From the NCBI GenBank assembly GCA_049999805.1, contig JBNGIO010001516.1:1-33557 (forward strand): a stretch of 33,557 bases of DNA, read 5' to 3'. Positions 1 through 10,399 of this stretch are shown here, one piece after another; within the stretch, counting starts at the first letter, position 1; the number at the start of each line of letters is the position of its first letter. The stretch is from Folioceros fuciformis. Its lineage: Eukaryota. The translations under genes and the position numbers were made by a program. The notes under the pieces were generated by a model that was given only the letters and a program-made list of their open reading frames with translations, ran no database searches and was not told the DNA's origin.

Positions 1-2753
1 GGGTAGGTTGTATCCCTAGTCCTATCTATATTATCACCTGGATGGTTATTGTGTAGTCTCAACTCCCATGGCCAAGTACATGCATGCATGCCTACTACTG
101 TGGCTCCTGCCTCCAATTATAAAACAGCACAAGCACATCGATAGCCTAGGTGAAGTCCTGCAAACAATATTTGGGCTCTTCGGTCAGAGCCAGTGGCGTC
201 ACCCTCAGAGGCAACCATCGCCGCCCTTCGAGCTTTGCATCCAGGCCCAGGTGATCCCATACCTCAGGAGGTTCTACAATTTGTGCCTGAGGAGCCTTTT
301 TGCCTTGATTGGGTTGTATTTGGTCGAGCTCTCGTCACCACACCACACCAAGACTTTCTTCCGGTGGCCTATCTGGGATGGTCTACGACCACCTCCGAGA
401 CTACTTTGCTCTGGAGGACCCTTCTAGTGGCTTCTCTAAGCTTTTTTCCCTAGCAATTGCTGTGGTGCAAGGTGAGACTCACTCTCGAATTGCTCTGGTT
501 CTAGGTGTAAGTAGGTTGTTGGCTTTGGAGAAACCCACCCTGGGAGTGCGCCCATTGTGGTGGGTGAGGCGTTCTTTCAGCTCATTAGCCACAACATTGC
601 TCTCCAGCTCAGAGAGCAGCTTCAGGCCCAATTCAGTCCCCACCAATTCGGGATTGCTACCCTAGGGGGCTATGAGGCGGTGGCCTTCGAGGTTAGAGCA
701 GTCCAGATTGGGTTGCCTTGTAGGTTGATGTGGAGAGTGCCTTCAACACCGTCTCTAGGGTGGCTATTTTCAATGAGATGAATCTTGCTCGTGGTCGTTT
801 GGACTCTCTTATCCCCTTTGTCCGCTCCTTCTATGGTGCCCCGTCTAATCTCTACTTTCAACATGGGTCCACAGCAGAGGAGATTTCAGTGCTCAACTCG
901 ATAAGAGGTACGCACCAAGGGGATCCCCTAGGAGGGGCTCTCTTTGCTATGGCTCACTTTCAAAGACCTTTCAATTACCGCTTCTGTGGTAGGGGGTTGT
1001 CTCTTCTAATCTGTGGCCGATGACACTCATCTCCTGGGTCCAGGGGATAAGGGTAAGGAAGCCTTTGAGCTTTTTGCAAAGGAGCTCTTACGCTTGGGCC
1101 TAAAAGTCAAGATTTCCCATTGTAAGATTTGGTCTCTATCCGGTATCACTTCATCTCTACAATTTTCGGAGGGGAACATTGATTCTCCGTTGGGGATCCG
1201 CATCCTGGGGGTCCCTGTTGGCCCTCCGACTTCATCCGCGAATTTGTGGATGCAGCTTTGATGGAGGATTTGGTGCACATTGAGGACCCTCATCAACTTG
1301 GGAACCCACAGGTGGCCTATAACATCCTCTCCACCTGCTTTGCGCGAAGCTCTAGGTATCTCATCCGCATGGTGTCTCCATCCCCAGATTTTCTTTCCAA
1401 ATTGAGGGACTTTGACAAGCAGGTATTGAAGGAATTATAGGACATTGTTGGCCCGGGTTCATTTGATTGTACTGTAAGTGATTTGGCTAGGAGATAGGCA
1501 TCCCTACCCATTGCTTTCGGCGCCATTGGGCTACTGGCCATGGAGGCCTCGGCGCCAATTGCTTTTCTTCGTAGTTGGGCGCTCTTTGTCCCAACTTTAG
1601 TGACTTGCTTCTCCATTGGAAACTCGAGCGTTTTGGAGGGTTTTGTCACAGGAGTTGAGGAGGGCCATTCCCCCTCCAAAAGTCCCTTAGGAGGGCCTGG
1701 GATCTCTTATCCTCACAAGCTCGATTGGTCATACCTTCTTTCTTCTCCTTCCTTTGTGGGGGTATGAGGGGCTTCAGGCCACCCTCATGGAAAAGCATTA
1801 TGGGCAAGAGTTGCAGGCCCTTATGCTAGATTCCTCCATTGACAAGCAGGCTCGGGCACGCCTTTAATCTTGTTCGGGGAAGGGTGCTGGCTCTTGGATG
1901 TTGGCCCGTCTATGCATCCAGGCTTTCCGAATTGCACCGGCTTCTTTCTCTATCGCGTTGAGGTTCCGCCTTAACTTGGTCCAGCCGTTGGCCTGGTCTC
2001 TCTCTTTTGGTATCCGTGGGGTCCATCTCGAAAAATCCAAGGGCCACCTGGCGTGTTGCTTTATCGGCGGGCAGTGCATCGCCACCTATAATGCAGTGAG
2101 GGATGTTATGTTTTCTTTGGCTAAGGAGGGTGGCTTCTTCCCCTACAAGGAGCACCCATATACCTTGCTAAACGGCGTCTCCCTTATTGCAGATGTTTTC
2201 CTGATCAAGGGGGACCAGGTTTCTATAGCGGATGTGGTGGTCACAAACCCCACTCGGACAACCTTCAATGAGCACTTCGTTATCAACACCCCCAGGTTGG
2301 GCAGCAGAAGGAAGCGCGATAAGGAAGACTTGCAAGTACAGGCCCATGCAAGGTCACATGTTCATCCCCTTGCTATCGAAACGCATAGGGCCATGGGTAA
2401 GGATTTCTCCAGGTTTTTGAAGACATGCGCGAAGGCCTATCACGTCAACAGTAGTGGCGTGGGGCTTTTCCTATCCGGTGTGGTGACATTTTTCCAGCAA
2501 CGAGTTTTAATTGCGCTAAAAACAGCCTTGGCAAACGCTATTTTTCAGACAACATCAAGCGTGGCAAATGCGGCTTCAACGGCCCTTGTGGTAAGTAGGC
2601 CATACCTCATACCTGAATGTGACATCTTAAGGATGACAGGGAGTTCGAGGCTAGACGGACGAGGGGGTTAGGCCCCAATTCTTGGCTTTCCCACTGGGAT
2701 TGTTCCCCTTGTCACGGGGTAGATGAAACTTCCATCTTTTTTTTTTCTATAAA
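1..2753 (+). mobile_element. Degenerate non-LTR retrotransposon with RT and C-terminal restriction-like endonuclease (CRE/SLACS-like); 5' boundary undetermined, probably outside the window
   Basis: RT motifs are spread over shifted frames: RLLALEKP..GVRP (~510-555), VGEAFFQL...PHQFGIATLGGYEAV (557-690), VESAFNTVSR (730-760), GTHQGDPLGGALFAMAH (907-957), ADDTHLLG (1016-1040), GIRILGVPVG (~1192-1221). RLE-type C-terminus: GAGSW, FSIALRFRL, HLACC..GG...YNAVRD (degenerate RHN..RD), IADVFL...ADVVVTNP, PLAIET..AMG. T-rich 3' tail at ~2737-2753. Multiple stops and frameshifts. Confidence 0.85.
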
Positions 2754-2837
2754 GTCTTCAAGTTCCCTCCCTTCTGCTTCTCTCGATGATTGAATGGTGG
2801 CAAATCAACCATTCCTGGAGTACGGGTTGTAGCTACG

Positions 2838-2915
2838 GATGTCAGTTCTTGCCCCACTTTCACCACTTTGTGAGATGTCAGTTCTGTTGCCCCACTTTCA
2901 CCACATTGTGAGATG
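2838..2915. repeat. Tandem duplication, 2 copies of a 36/38-bp unit
   Basis: gatgtcagttcttgccccactttcaccactttgtga (2838-2873) is followed by gatgtcagttctgttgccccactttcaccacattgtga (2874-2911) and then gatg. Confidence 0.9.
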
Positions 2916-3969
2916 AACGAACACAGATGCTACTGCGAGTGAGCTGCACAAACACGGATGGAGCCTGGAATTCGTTGTCGCTTCCGCCACTTATCCCCAC
3001 CATATTCATATAGTATTACAGGCTATTATCCACGACCCAGACTTTATCTCCTTCTCCCCATTGTCGTACTGGGGAGAAAACAGTACATCATTGTGTTGCG
3101 TGCGGGCTTGATGCCCGCATCCGGCATGCTCCGGGGATACACTTCATTGGGTCCTCTGCCAATACCTGCAAGCATCAAAGCTGCAGACTTGCTCAGCATT
3201 CCAAGAACTGCAAACCCCAGAGTAAAGACATCTGTAGAGTAATATCATGATATTGTATTATGTGTAATTCTACAACAGAGAGATCCATATGCCAGTAGAG
3301 CCTAGACCAGGAGTTCGTCTCACAGGTGACTCGGGAATGGCTCTGGACGGAAGCACAACATTAGCCAACTTGTCCAATCTCCAGTCCAGCAGAGGACGGG
3401 ACAGAGGAGATTGTGATACGTTGCGCTATGTCTGCTCCCCCGGCCTTCCTTCTAGTGGGGAATTTAATTGACGCTCCTGCTACTACCAAAAAATTGGGAT
3501 ACCCAAGGTATCGAAAACTGTATCTCTACCTACTTAAAGATAAACTTGCTGCTGCCCTTCCCGCCAGCACATGTAAGCTGAAACAGCTTGCCGGCCGACC
3601 GTGGGTGAGAAGGGGATCAGCAGGTGGCAAGCACCAGCACTGGACAAATCCAGCCATTCAGTGGCTGCATTCGCCGGCCAGCCGCCTTGCGCAGGTAATG
3701 GAATACACCATACATGTACATAAGTGCCCCTGGTCCAAGCACTGTCGGATGAGCCCTACCATCCGCTCCTCGTCAATATACAAATGAAGCAGGTACGCAC
3801 CGGCGCAGACCAATCAAACCTTGTGGAGGCTGATCAGTCGGCCGGCCGCGACGCCCAGACAAATCATGAGCAACAGCTCTGGCAATTTAGATGGGAATTG
3901 CCGGCCGAGCAAACTCGATGAATCAAAAGAACTTGTGTACACCAGCTCCAGCTTCCGCGCTCTGTACAT

Positions 3970-5802
3970 TCACTGCTGCGTGGCAAGCTCTTGCGCCGTG
4001 ACGTAGGTACCGTGAAAGCCATAGGGCACCCTAGAAGACAGGTGCACCTTGGCCACAGGCTCCAGAGAGGGAGACTGAGCATCCAGGACCAGGAGCTGCG
4101 ATTTCCCCGTCTCCTCGTTGTGCATGAAGGTGACAATGTAGCCGTCGTCCTCTGCCGCGTGAGGGTGCGAGGAGCGCGGCACAAAGCAGGGTTCTCCACC
4201 GTAGCAGTTTTCCGGATAGCGGATTCTCCCAACCATACTCGTCTCCGCTCTCGAGAGCAAATCCACCTTGGCTATGCCGGAAACCTTGGGCCACGGCTCC
4301 GCCACAGCCAGATAAGCGTAGCGGCTTCTCCTTCCGACAAACTTCTTGTTCACCTGACCCGCCTCCAGATTGAGGCCCGGTGTGATCTCCCTCCTCGTGG
4401 ACTGACCAGTGCGGCGATTGAGCCTGATCTCTGACAGAATGCTTGCCAGCGCCTGTTGGGACTCGTTGAAGATGCTGTCGGGCGGAGTCATGCAGGAGCC
4501 GATCACCACCACCTCATCCTCATTCTCCTCCCACGCGTTCCAGAGATGGAAGCAGAAGCAGTCGGGAACATCGATCCACTGCATCCGACTCTCATCCGTG
4601 TCGTAGCGCGGGAGAAGGCCGAATCTTGCCATCTTGGTGCCGTCATAGATGACCGGGGAGCCTCCGTGCAGCAGCTCCTTCATCTGAAACACCACCTGCT
4701 GGTCAGGCACGACCACGAAGTTCTCAGTGATGGCGAAGTCGTGCATCATGGTCGGCTGCTGCAGTGTGATGTCCACCTCGGGGCTCTTCACGCCGTGAGG
4801 AGACACATAGAAGTACTTGAGGAAGGGAGCCGCCAGCACGTTGTAGCTGAGATTGAACAATTCTCCCGTGCTTGCATCCACCTTGGGGTGTGCGATCATG
4901 GAGTGCACGCTGGCGAGCTGGCCGTTGAAGTCATAGCGTCCCAGCGTCTCCAAGTCCCCGTTCTCCGTGATGCGCACGTGGTAGGGCAGGTCATCCTCCG
5001 ACATAGCCAGAAGCCTGCCGTTGTGGAACACGAGTCCGGCATTGGCCACTCCCATCCCCTGCGAGGCATCCACCAGGCCGCACAAGGCCCTCGCTCCGTA
5101 CAGCATGAGCCGCGCCACGCCGCCATGGCCGTGCAGCTCCCCGATGGCCTTGGGAAACACCGGCCTGCCGGTCCTGGCCTCCTCCTCCAGCCTATAGGTC
5201 CGGGTGTATTTGCAGCAGTAGCTAGCGAGCCCTTGCTTGAAACTCACGGCATGCACCATGCCGTCTCCATCGAAAAAATGATGTCCTGCCAGCGGCGGGA
5301 ACTGCGGATTGGCGCCGTTGCGGAGATACATCCCTTCCAGGCACTCCGGGATGCTCCCTTCCACCTCCAGCTCGTGCTCCACCGGATGCTCCGACACTGG
5401 GGAGAAGTTGCCCTCCAGTTGCACCCGCGGATCCGCTGTGGACGGCAGTGGCTTGGCGCCTTCCAGCTTGGGAATCCAGTCCGTCTCGATCACATCCAGC
5501 GCCGATGCCGCCATCACCTGGAAGAAATTCCTCGATCTCCTGGCATCCCCGGGCTCCTCCTCCGCCCGGAGCGTCCGGCTCCCACTCCAGCTCCCGACAC
5601 AGGACACACTTCCCCGGGCATCGCTCACCGCCGATAGCCGGTCACAAGCGGGTAGCGACTTGCTGGACTGGTGGACGCTCAAACTGGCGGTGGCGCGAGC
5701 GCCAGCCGGATAGGCAGCAATCCGCTTTGAGGCGCAATTGGCGTGCACCCTGGGCGTGGGGCGGGCGAAATCGAGACACGCCAGGCTCTTCATGGTCAGC
5801 AT
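3970..5802 (-). CDS. NCED: 9-cis-epoxycarotenoid dioxygenase (ABA biosynthesis), intronless, with plastid transit peptide
   Basis: 610-aa single ORF. Ser/Ala/Arg-rich N-terminus and amphipathic [12 protein letters not shown] helix. Motifs [58 protein letters not shown]. All four Fe-binding His contexts are present: [35 protein letters not shown]. Confidence 0.95.
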   Translation of the reverse strand: MLTMKSLACLDFARPTPRVHANCASKRIAAYPAGARATASLSVHQSSKSLPACDRLSAVSDARGSVSCVGSWSGSRTLRAEEEPGDARRSRNFFQVMAASALDVIETDWIPKLEGAKPLPSTADPRVQLEGNFSPVSEHPVEHELEVEGSIPECLEGMYLRNGANPQFPPLAGHHFFDGDGMVHAVSFKQGLASYCCKYTRTYRLEEEARTGRPVFPKAIGELHGHGGVARLMLYGARALCGLVDASQGMGVANAGLVFHNGRLLAMSEDDLPYHVRITENGDLETLGRYDFNGQLASVHSMIAHPKVDASTGELFNLSYNVLAAPFLKYFYVSPHGVKSPEVDITLQQPTMMHDFAITENFVVVPDQQVVFQMKELLHGGSPVIYDGTKMARFGLLPRYDTDESRMQWIDVPDCFCFHLWNAWEENEDEVVVIGSCMTPPDSIFNESQQALASILSEIRLNRRTGQSTRREITPGLNLEAGQVNKKFVGRRSRYAYLAVAEPWPKVSGIAKVDLLSRAETSMVGRIRYPENCYGGEPCFVPRSSHPHAAEDDGYIVTFMHNEETGKSQLLVLDAQSPSLEPVAKVHLSSRVPYGFHGTYVTAQELATQQ

Positions 5803-6251
5803 TCTTCACCGTCCGGACACCAATTCCCGCACTTCCCAGGGCAGAATAATGTCACGGACTTGTGGCAATCCAACGCAGCGCAACCGGCGGGGAGGAGGAG
5901 ATTGCGCAAGCCTTCATGCAGAACTGGAATCCCCGGCAGCGAATACACGCACAACCACAGCCACTGGTGCAGGAGCAGCGCAATCCAAGAGAGTCGCGAA
6001 ACGCGAGCGAGCAGCAATCCGGGGTCTGCAGAGGCAGCAGGCAGTAGAGTGGACAGCGGGCAGCAGACAGGGCTATGGAGGAATGCGGAAGAGGGGCAGA
6101 GAGGCAGGAAGGAGAAAAGCGAGGGAGGAAGCAAAGGATTGATTGTTGTGGTCCCGAGAAGGCAGAGGGAAAGCTTGAAGCTTGCCGCAAGCGCAGTGCG
6201 TGTGCCTGGAGCCTGTGCGTTCCCAACGGCGGGGCTCGCGCGCTATATGGA

Positions 6252-6535
6252 GAGCGTGGCACCCGGGCTACGTGTCGGGACTCCACACGGGCTCTGTGTT
6301 GCAGCAATAGAAAAAACAGGACCAGGGGTCGCGAGGGGTAACAAGTGAAAAAGGGTCCCGAGTTACCGCACAGTGTGCGAGCAAGTCACGTTCCACAGTC
6401 ATATGGCATTGAATGTGCAGAGTGTGGGCGCACTAGGTGATATGTGCAATATCCCACCCGAAGTAAATACGTACGTACAAAGGCACCAAGGCCCACGACC
6501 CAAGGCCCATGGGGGGACCACACATCATACGTGCC
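6252..6535. promoter_or_regulatory. ABRE-like elements upstream of NCED
   Basis: Canonical ABRE TACGTGTC at 6269-6276, GCGTGGC at 6254-6260, and further ACGT cores near 6388, 6469-6476 and 6529. Motif match only. Confidence 0.4.
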
Positions 6536-7014
6536 CGCGTCTCCGCATGCCGTTCCGTTATGCAAACACATGTCCTCCTGGCTACAGTCCCCGTTACTTA
6601 TTTTGGCCCGTCACGCGGGTCGCGACTGGCCCCCCTGCCCGAATGCTTCATGATGCTGCCAATTTTTGGACAGCCCTGTTTCTGTTTGTGTCGCTCCTAG
6701 GACTCCAACTTCCAACTCCTTCTCCCAAGACTACTGGAATCTTCACTCTGCTGCCTCTTCCGATCTGCCACATGGTTCCAACTCCCAACCAGCGCGCGTT
6801 GCCCACTCTCCTCTTCAACATCTGCCTGCATCTTGCATGATGTTGCATCATGGGAGTACTTGTTGCTCTCAGTTTGGTATTGAATTGCCAAAGAACTAAA
6901 TTACCCACCAAAGCATGGAATGCAAGAGACAAAAGTTGCACAACCAGCGAGGAGATATCATCGATAAGGTAAGGCAAGAGACAATAGGACCACACCAAAG
7001 CATCCATACCTCTA

Positions 7015-9415
7015 CTATTCTAGTGGAGGTACGTCATCACAATTCAACTCTTCTTCATTACAAATGTTCCTTTTGCTGGCTTTGGTTTCCATTTCCTACA
7101 AAATACATGTTGGGTGCATTGAAGTATATGCAAGGATGAGGTTCACTTTTCCATTTTGCAGCGAGACAAGACAAGATAAGATAAGACTGTGAGGTAGATC
7201 ATGTGCTTACTTGGAGAGTCATGTTTTGATCCTTTTCAACATCTTTGATGCTACAAACTTTCACACTTTTCTTCTCTTCTTGTTTCTTGGGTGTGACTTG
7301 GCTGTTCTCAAGCTTTGCAGTGATGAAGGTCATGGCATCTGTCTTGGATTTTATTTTAGGCATTGTTACCGCAAGATTGCCGGTAATGGTGCATCTTTGT
7401 GCAATACTGTTGTCCATCTTTACCTATGTCATTCAAGATAGATTAGATAACTTATGATCAGAATTTTGATGTGTTTGATTTCGTTCAAGGCATACTTACC
7501 TCATCTGGAAGTTGCAGTTGTAATAGCTTTCCTTTAATTAAGATTCTAATCCAATTTGGCTGAATATCAATGTCGATAAATGAGGTATCTAAAAACTTGC
7601 TCACTTTCAAATCCAAAATCAGCATCTCCTTGCAATCACTTTCATGTAGTTTAAATTTCCATCTATCCAAGCAACAGTCTTATGAGGTGCAATTTGTATA
7701 CCTATGAACTTCCAATTGCTGAGCTTCAAACCCTAAACTAAGAGAATCTTAAATGTGTGTTCATATGTTTTGAACATACCCTCCCTCATTTTTCTGATAG
7801 ATGCGGCCTTCAGAAGGCAAGGGATCAAATCCTTTGCGTCTTTTGGATTTTTTCACTTCTTCAACCTTGGTCTAACATGCATTCAAGAAATAAGAAACTC
7901 TTTGTGCCAAAAGTAAGACAAAACTTTCAAAATGTTGGTCTCCCTCATTTTGTGTTCGAGATTGCAAAGAGTACAGTTTTTGGAAGGACATCTACATACA
8001 TCTTGACCTTGTTTTCTCATTTCTAGCAACTCTTCATGTTCCGCAATTCTAGTAGCTGGAGAGTAGGTGCGCACTTTTTCTCCTTTCTCATTTCTACATC
8101 AAACTCTTTGTTTGCACTAGGAAACTCATCATCTTAAGGTGGAGCAAGATAACAAAATTTTAGCAATAAATTACCTACACTTGAACTTCTTCATCCTTCA
8201 ATTCATTTTCCTTTGAAAGAGAATCATCACACTCATTTTGGTTCTCTACTTGTAGTTCATCACAAATTGTGCTATATTCCTACAAGCATGGTAAGCATGT
8301 AGATACAAATAAATGTCAATGAGAAGAAAAATCACTCATGTAAGAACTAAAAGGATATGTACCAAACTGCTTTCACATGTTGCTAACCTTTCTTGCTTTT
8401 TGACGTTCCAAATTTGTTACTCGTTGTGCATCCAACCTCTTGGATTGCAAAAAACAAGGAAGAGGAAGGGTGTTCTTAAGTACATTCATTTTTCTTCCAT
8501 CATACTCTATTAATTAAAATTAAGTTATAAATTCAGGGTGCTAACCTTGAGATTAGGAAGTGTTGCTATCACAAAGTTCCTATACCCATGAAAATCTTGA
8601 CAAGGATTCCCTGTCAAAAAACTGTTTGCAACTCAGAAATAATAGCCATGAAGGAGACAAGTACCTCGCCTTACTAGAACTCAAGAATAAGAAAACGATC
8701 AATATTAGAGAAGTACATTGCATTCTTACAGCTCTTTTAAGTGAATATTTAGTGTAAGACTTCTTAGGCTATGGAGAGTTTGTTTGTCCACAAAATTCAA
8801 GGTCAAATCAAGCTTCTCCAATGACTCACATCCTTCCAATCCCTCTACCTTTCATAACAACAAGAGCAACATTACAAGCAATTTGGGGCAACATATTTTC
8901 ACCACCCACATAGCCATATTCCAAGCTAGGGGTTCCAACCTTCACAATATTGTTCAAAGCCAGATTCAAATACTCTAGTTCTTTCAATCGTCGCAAGTTT
9001 TCTAATAACATGATGGTAATGAAAACTTGTAGTCAGATCCAAAAGAATGATGCAGAATGCAAGTTGTGTAAAACCGAAACCTATTCCACAACCATGTACC
9101 AAGTTTTCCAATCAAGTTGTTGGGCATGTATAAAATCTTGAGGTGAGGACAAACTTGGCCAAGCAGCTCGATCTTTTCAATTCCCTCTTCCTGCAATACT
9201 AGCTCCTGCAGTGCTATCCCTTGAGAAGTAGGTCAAAAATCGCAGCTCTTTGCTTGCTTGAATGTGCTCTAAATGAGATGCGTAGGGAATGAAGAGAAGG
9301 AGTTAGCAGCTGAGATGAAGGAGGATGAAAATACGGCATGCACCTCCAAAGTAAAGAGGATTCCTTCATTGTGCTCCGCTCGCCGCCTGATCATGTCAAT
9401 AGTGATGGGCGCCAT
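7015..9415 (-). CDS. LRRC6: Leucine-rich repeat dynein axonemal assembly factor (LRRC6/DNAAF11/TILB homologue), 12 exons, ~409 aa
   Basis: Manual GT-AG splicing gives exons 9415-9344, 9205-9100, 9001-8940, 8848-8730, 8621-8546, 8438-8388, 8279-8179, 8093-8000, 7871-7780, 7662-7500, 7423-7211, 7095-7015 (1230 nt, phases consistent). The protein starts [39 protein letters not shown] and continues with LRRs ([37 protein letters not shown]), an LRRcap ([22 protein letters not shown]) and a CS/p23-like part ([28 protein letters not shown]). It ends in the family-typical DDVPPLE. Confidence 0.92.
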
Positions 9416-9787
9416 GTTTGGCCTCACACGCTACGTGGGGCCGTACGATGGAAACACGCACGAGCCACCCAGGATACCTGGGAAGGGGACGTAATAAGGC
9501 TGCGCAGATATTCCAGAGCCTCGATTACATCAGTGTATTTGTGTACAGCCAGCCAAGCCCGAGAAGCGGGCCGACCGGCAGGTGGCCTGACGTGCATGGG
9601 CCTCCGGTGTACATGGGGCCCAAGCCCTTATCCGGCCGCCAGCCCGACTTAACCGCCGGGGAGCCGTTTTCCGGCGGGGAGGATTCTACTCTTTCCGCGG
9701 GCCAGGAAATTGATTGAGAAATCTGCATCCGGCCAATGTGTGGCCGACACCTGATTCGGACCTAAGTGCGGGCACCGCTTCAGCCGG

Positions 9788-10399
9788 TCGCCCCTGAAGC
9801 CAAAAAAAAAACCAACAACGAGGACACGTAACGTGTTTCGGATGACAAGATTTTTTTTGTTTTTTGGGCAGTCCGCATAGCCATGTCGGTAAGAAGTAAG
9901 CGAGTCTTTCCCACCGGCCTGAAGTGGGCCACTTGTCGACTTGTATAGATGGAGAAGAGAGCAGTTGGTACGGGGATGGATGCGGCACAGGGCCATGCCA
10001 GGCGCCCTGTGAAGATGACGGGGTGCATCCAGGAAGGTGCCGGCATGGTGGTCGGTAACTTTGGCTGCGCCGTCCAGGATGGTGCTGGCAACTGGGAGCC
10101 AGGATGGATAGTACGATGGAGGAGGAGGGGTGCATTGTTGGCCTGCGCAGTCCACTTGGACTTTGGAAGACTTGTTCCTCTTCGTCTTCCAATCGGATGC
10201 AGAGTTTGGACTGGCGATTGCAATAGCATCGTCGGTTGGACCTTTCAAATTGGTCGGTTCATGGGCTTCTGCTCGTCCGGCCAAACTGCTGCCGATTAGC
10301 ATGGGTCGGTTGATCCTTTGGTCGGTTCATCGGCTCCCGCATGTTCGGCCAAACTGAATGCATGTATCCAATTGGCGATAGAGGCTTCTTCAGGGGCGA
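9788..10399. repeat. 612-bp segment bounded by a perfect 12-bp inverted repeat, with internal degenerate direct repeats (possible MITE-like relic)
   Basis: tcgcccctgaag at 9788-9799 and cttcaggggcga at 10388-10399. Internal repeat pair gtcggttg...ggtcggttcat...cggccaaactg at ~10231-10288 and ~10305-10356. No clear TSD. Confidence 0.35.

Noticed and set aside
3991-5849. Long + strand ORFs (e.g. 4456-5637, 393 aa) overlapping NCED
   Set aside because: These are antisense shadows of a GC-rich coding sequence and contain no recognisable domain.
7199-7210. LRRC6 ending at the ORF-track stop (7199)
   Set aside because: A CAA|gtaag donor at 7210 and a further exon 7095-7015 supply the conserved DVPPL C-terminus.
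8421-8438. Possible 18-bp microexon in LRRC6
   Set aside because: Reading through to the donor at 8387 gives [17 protein letters not shown], which matches the LRRcap pattern, so it is a normal 51-bp exon.
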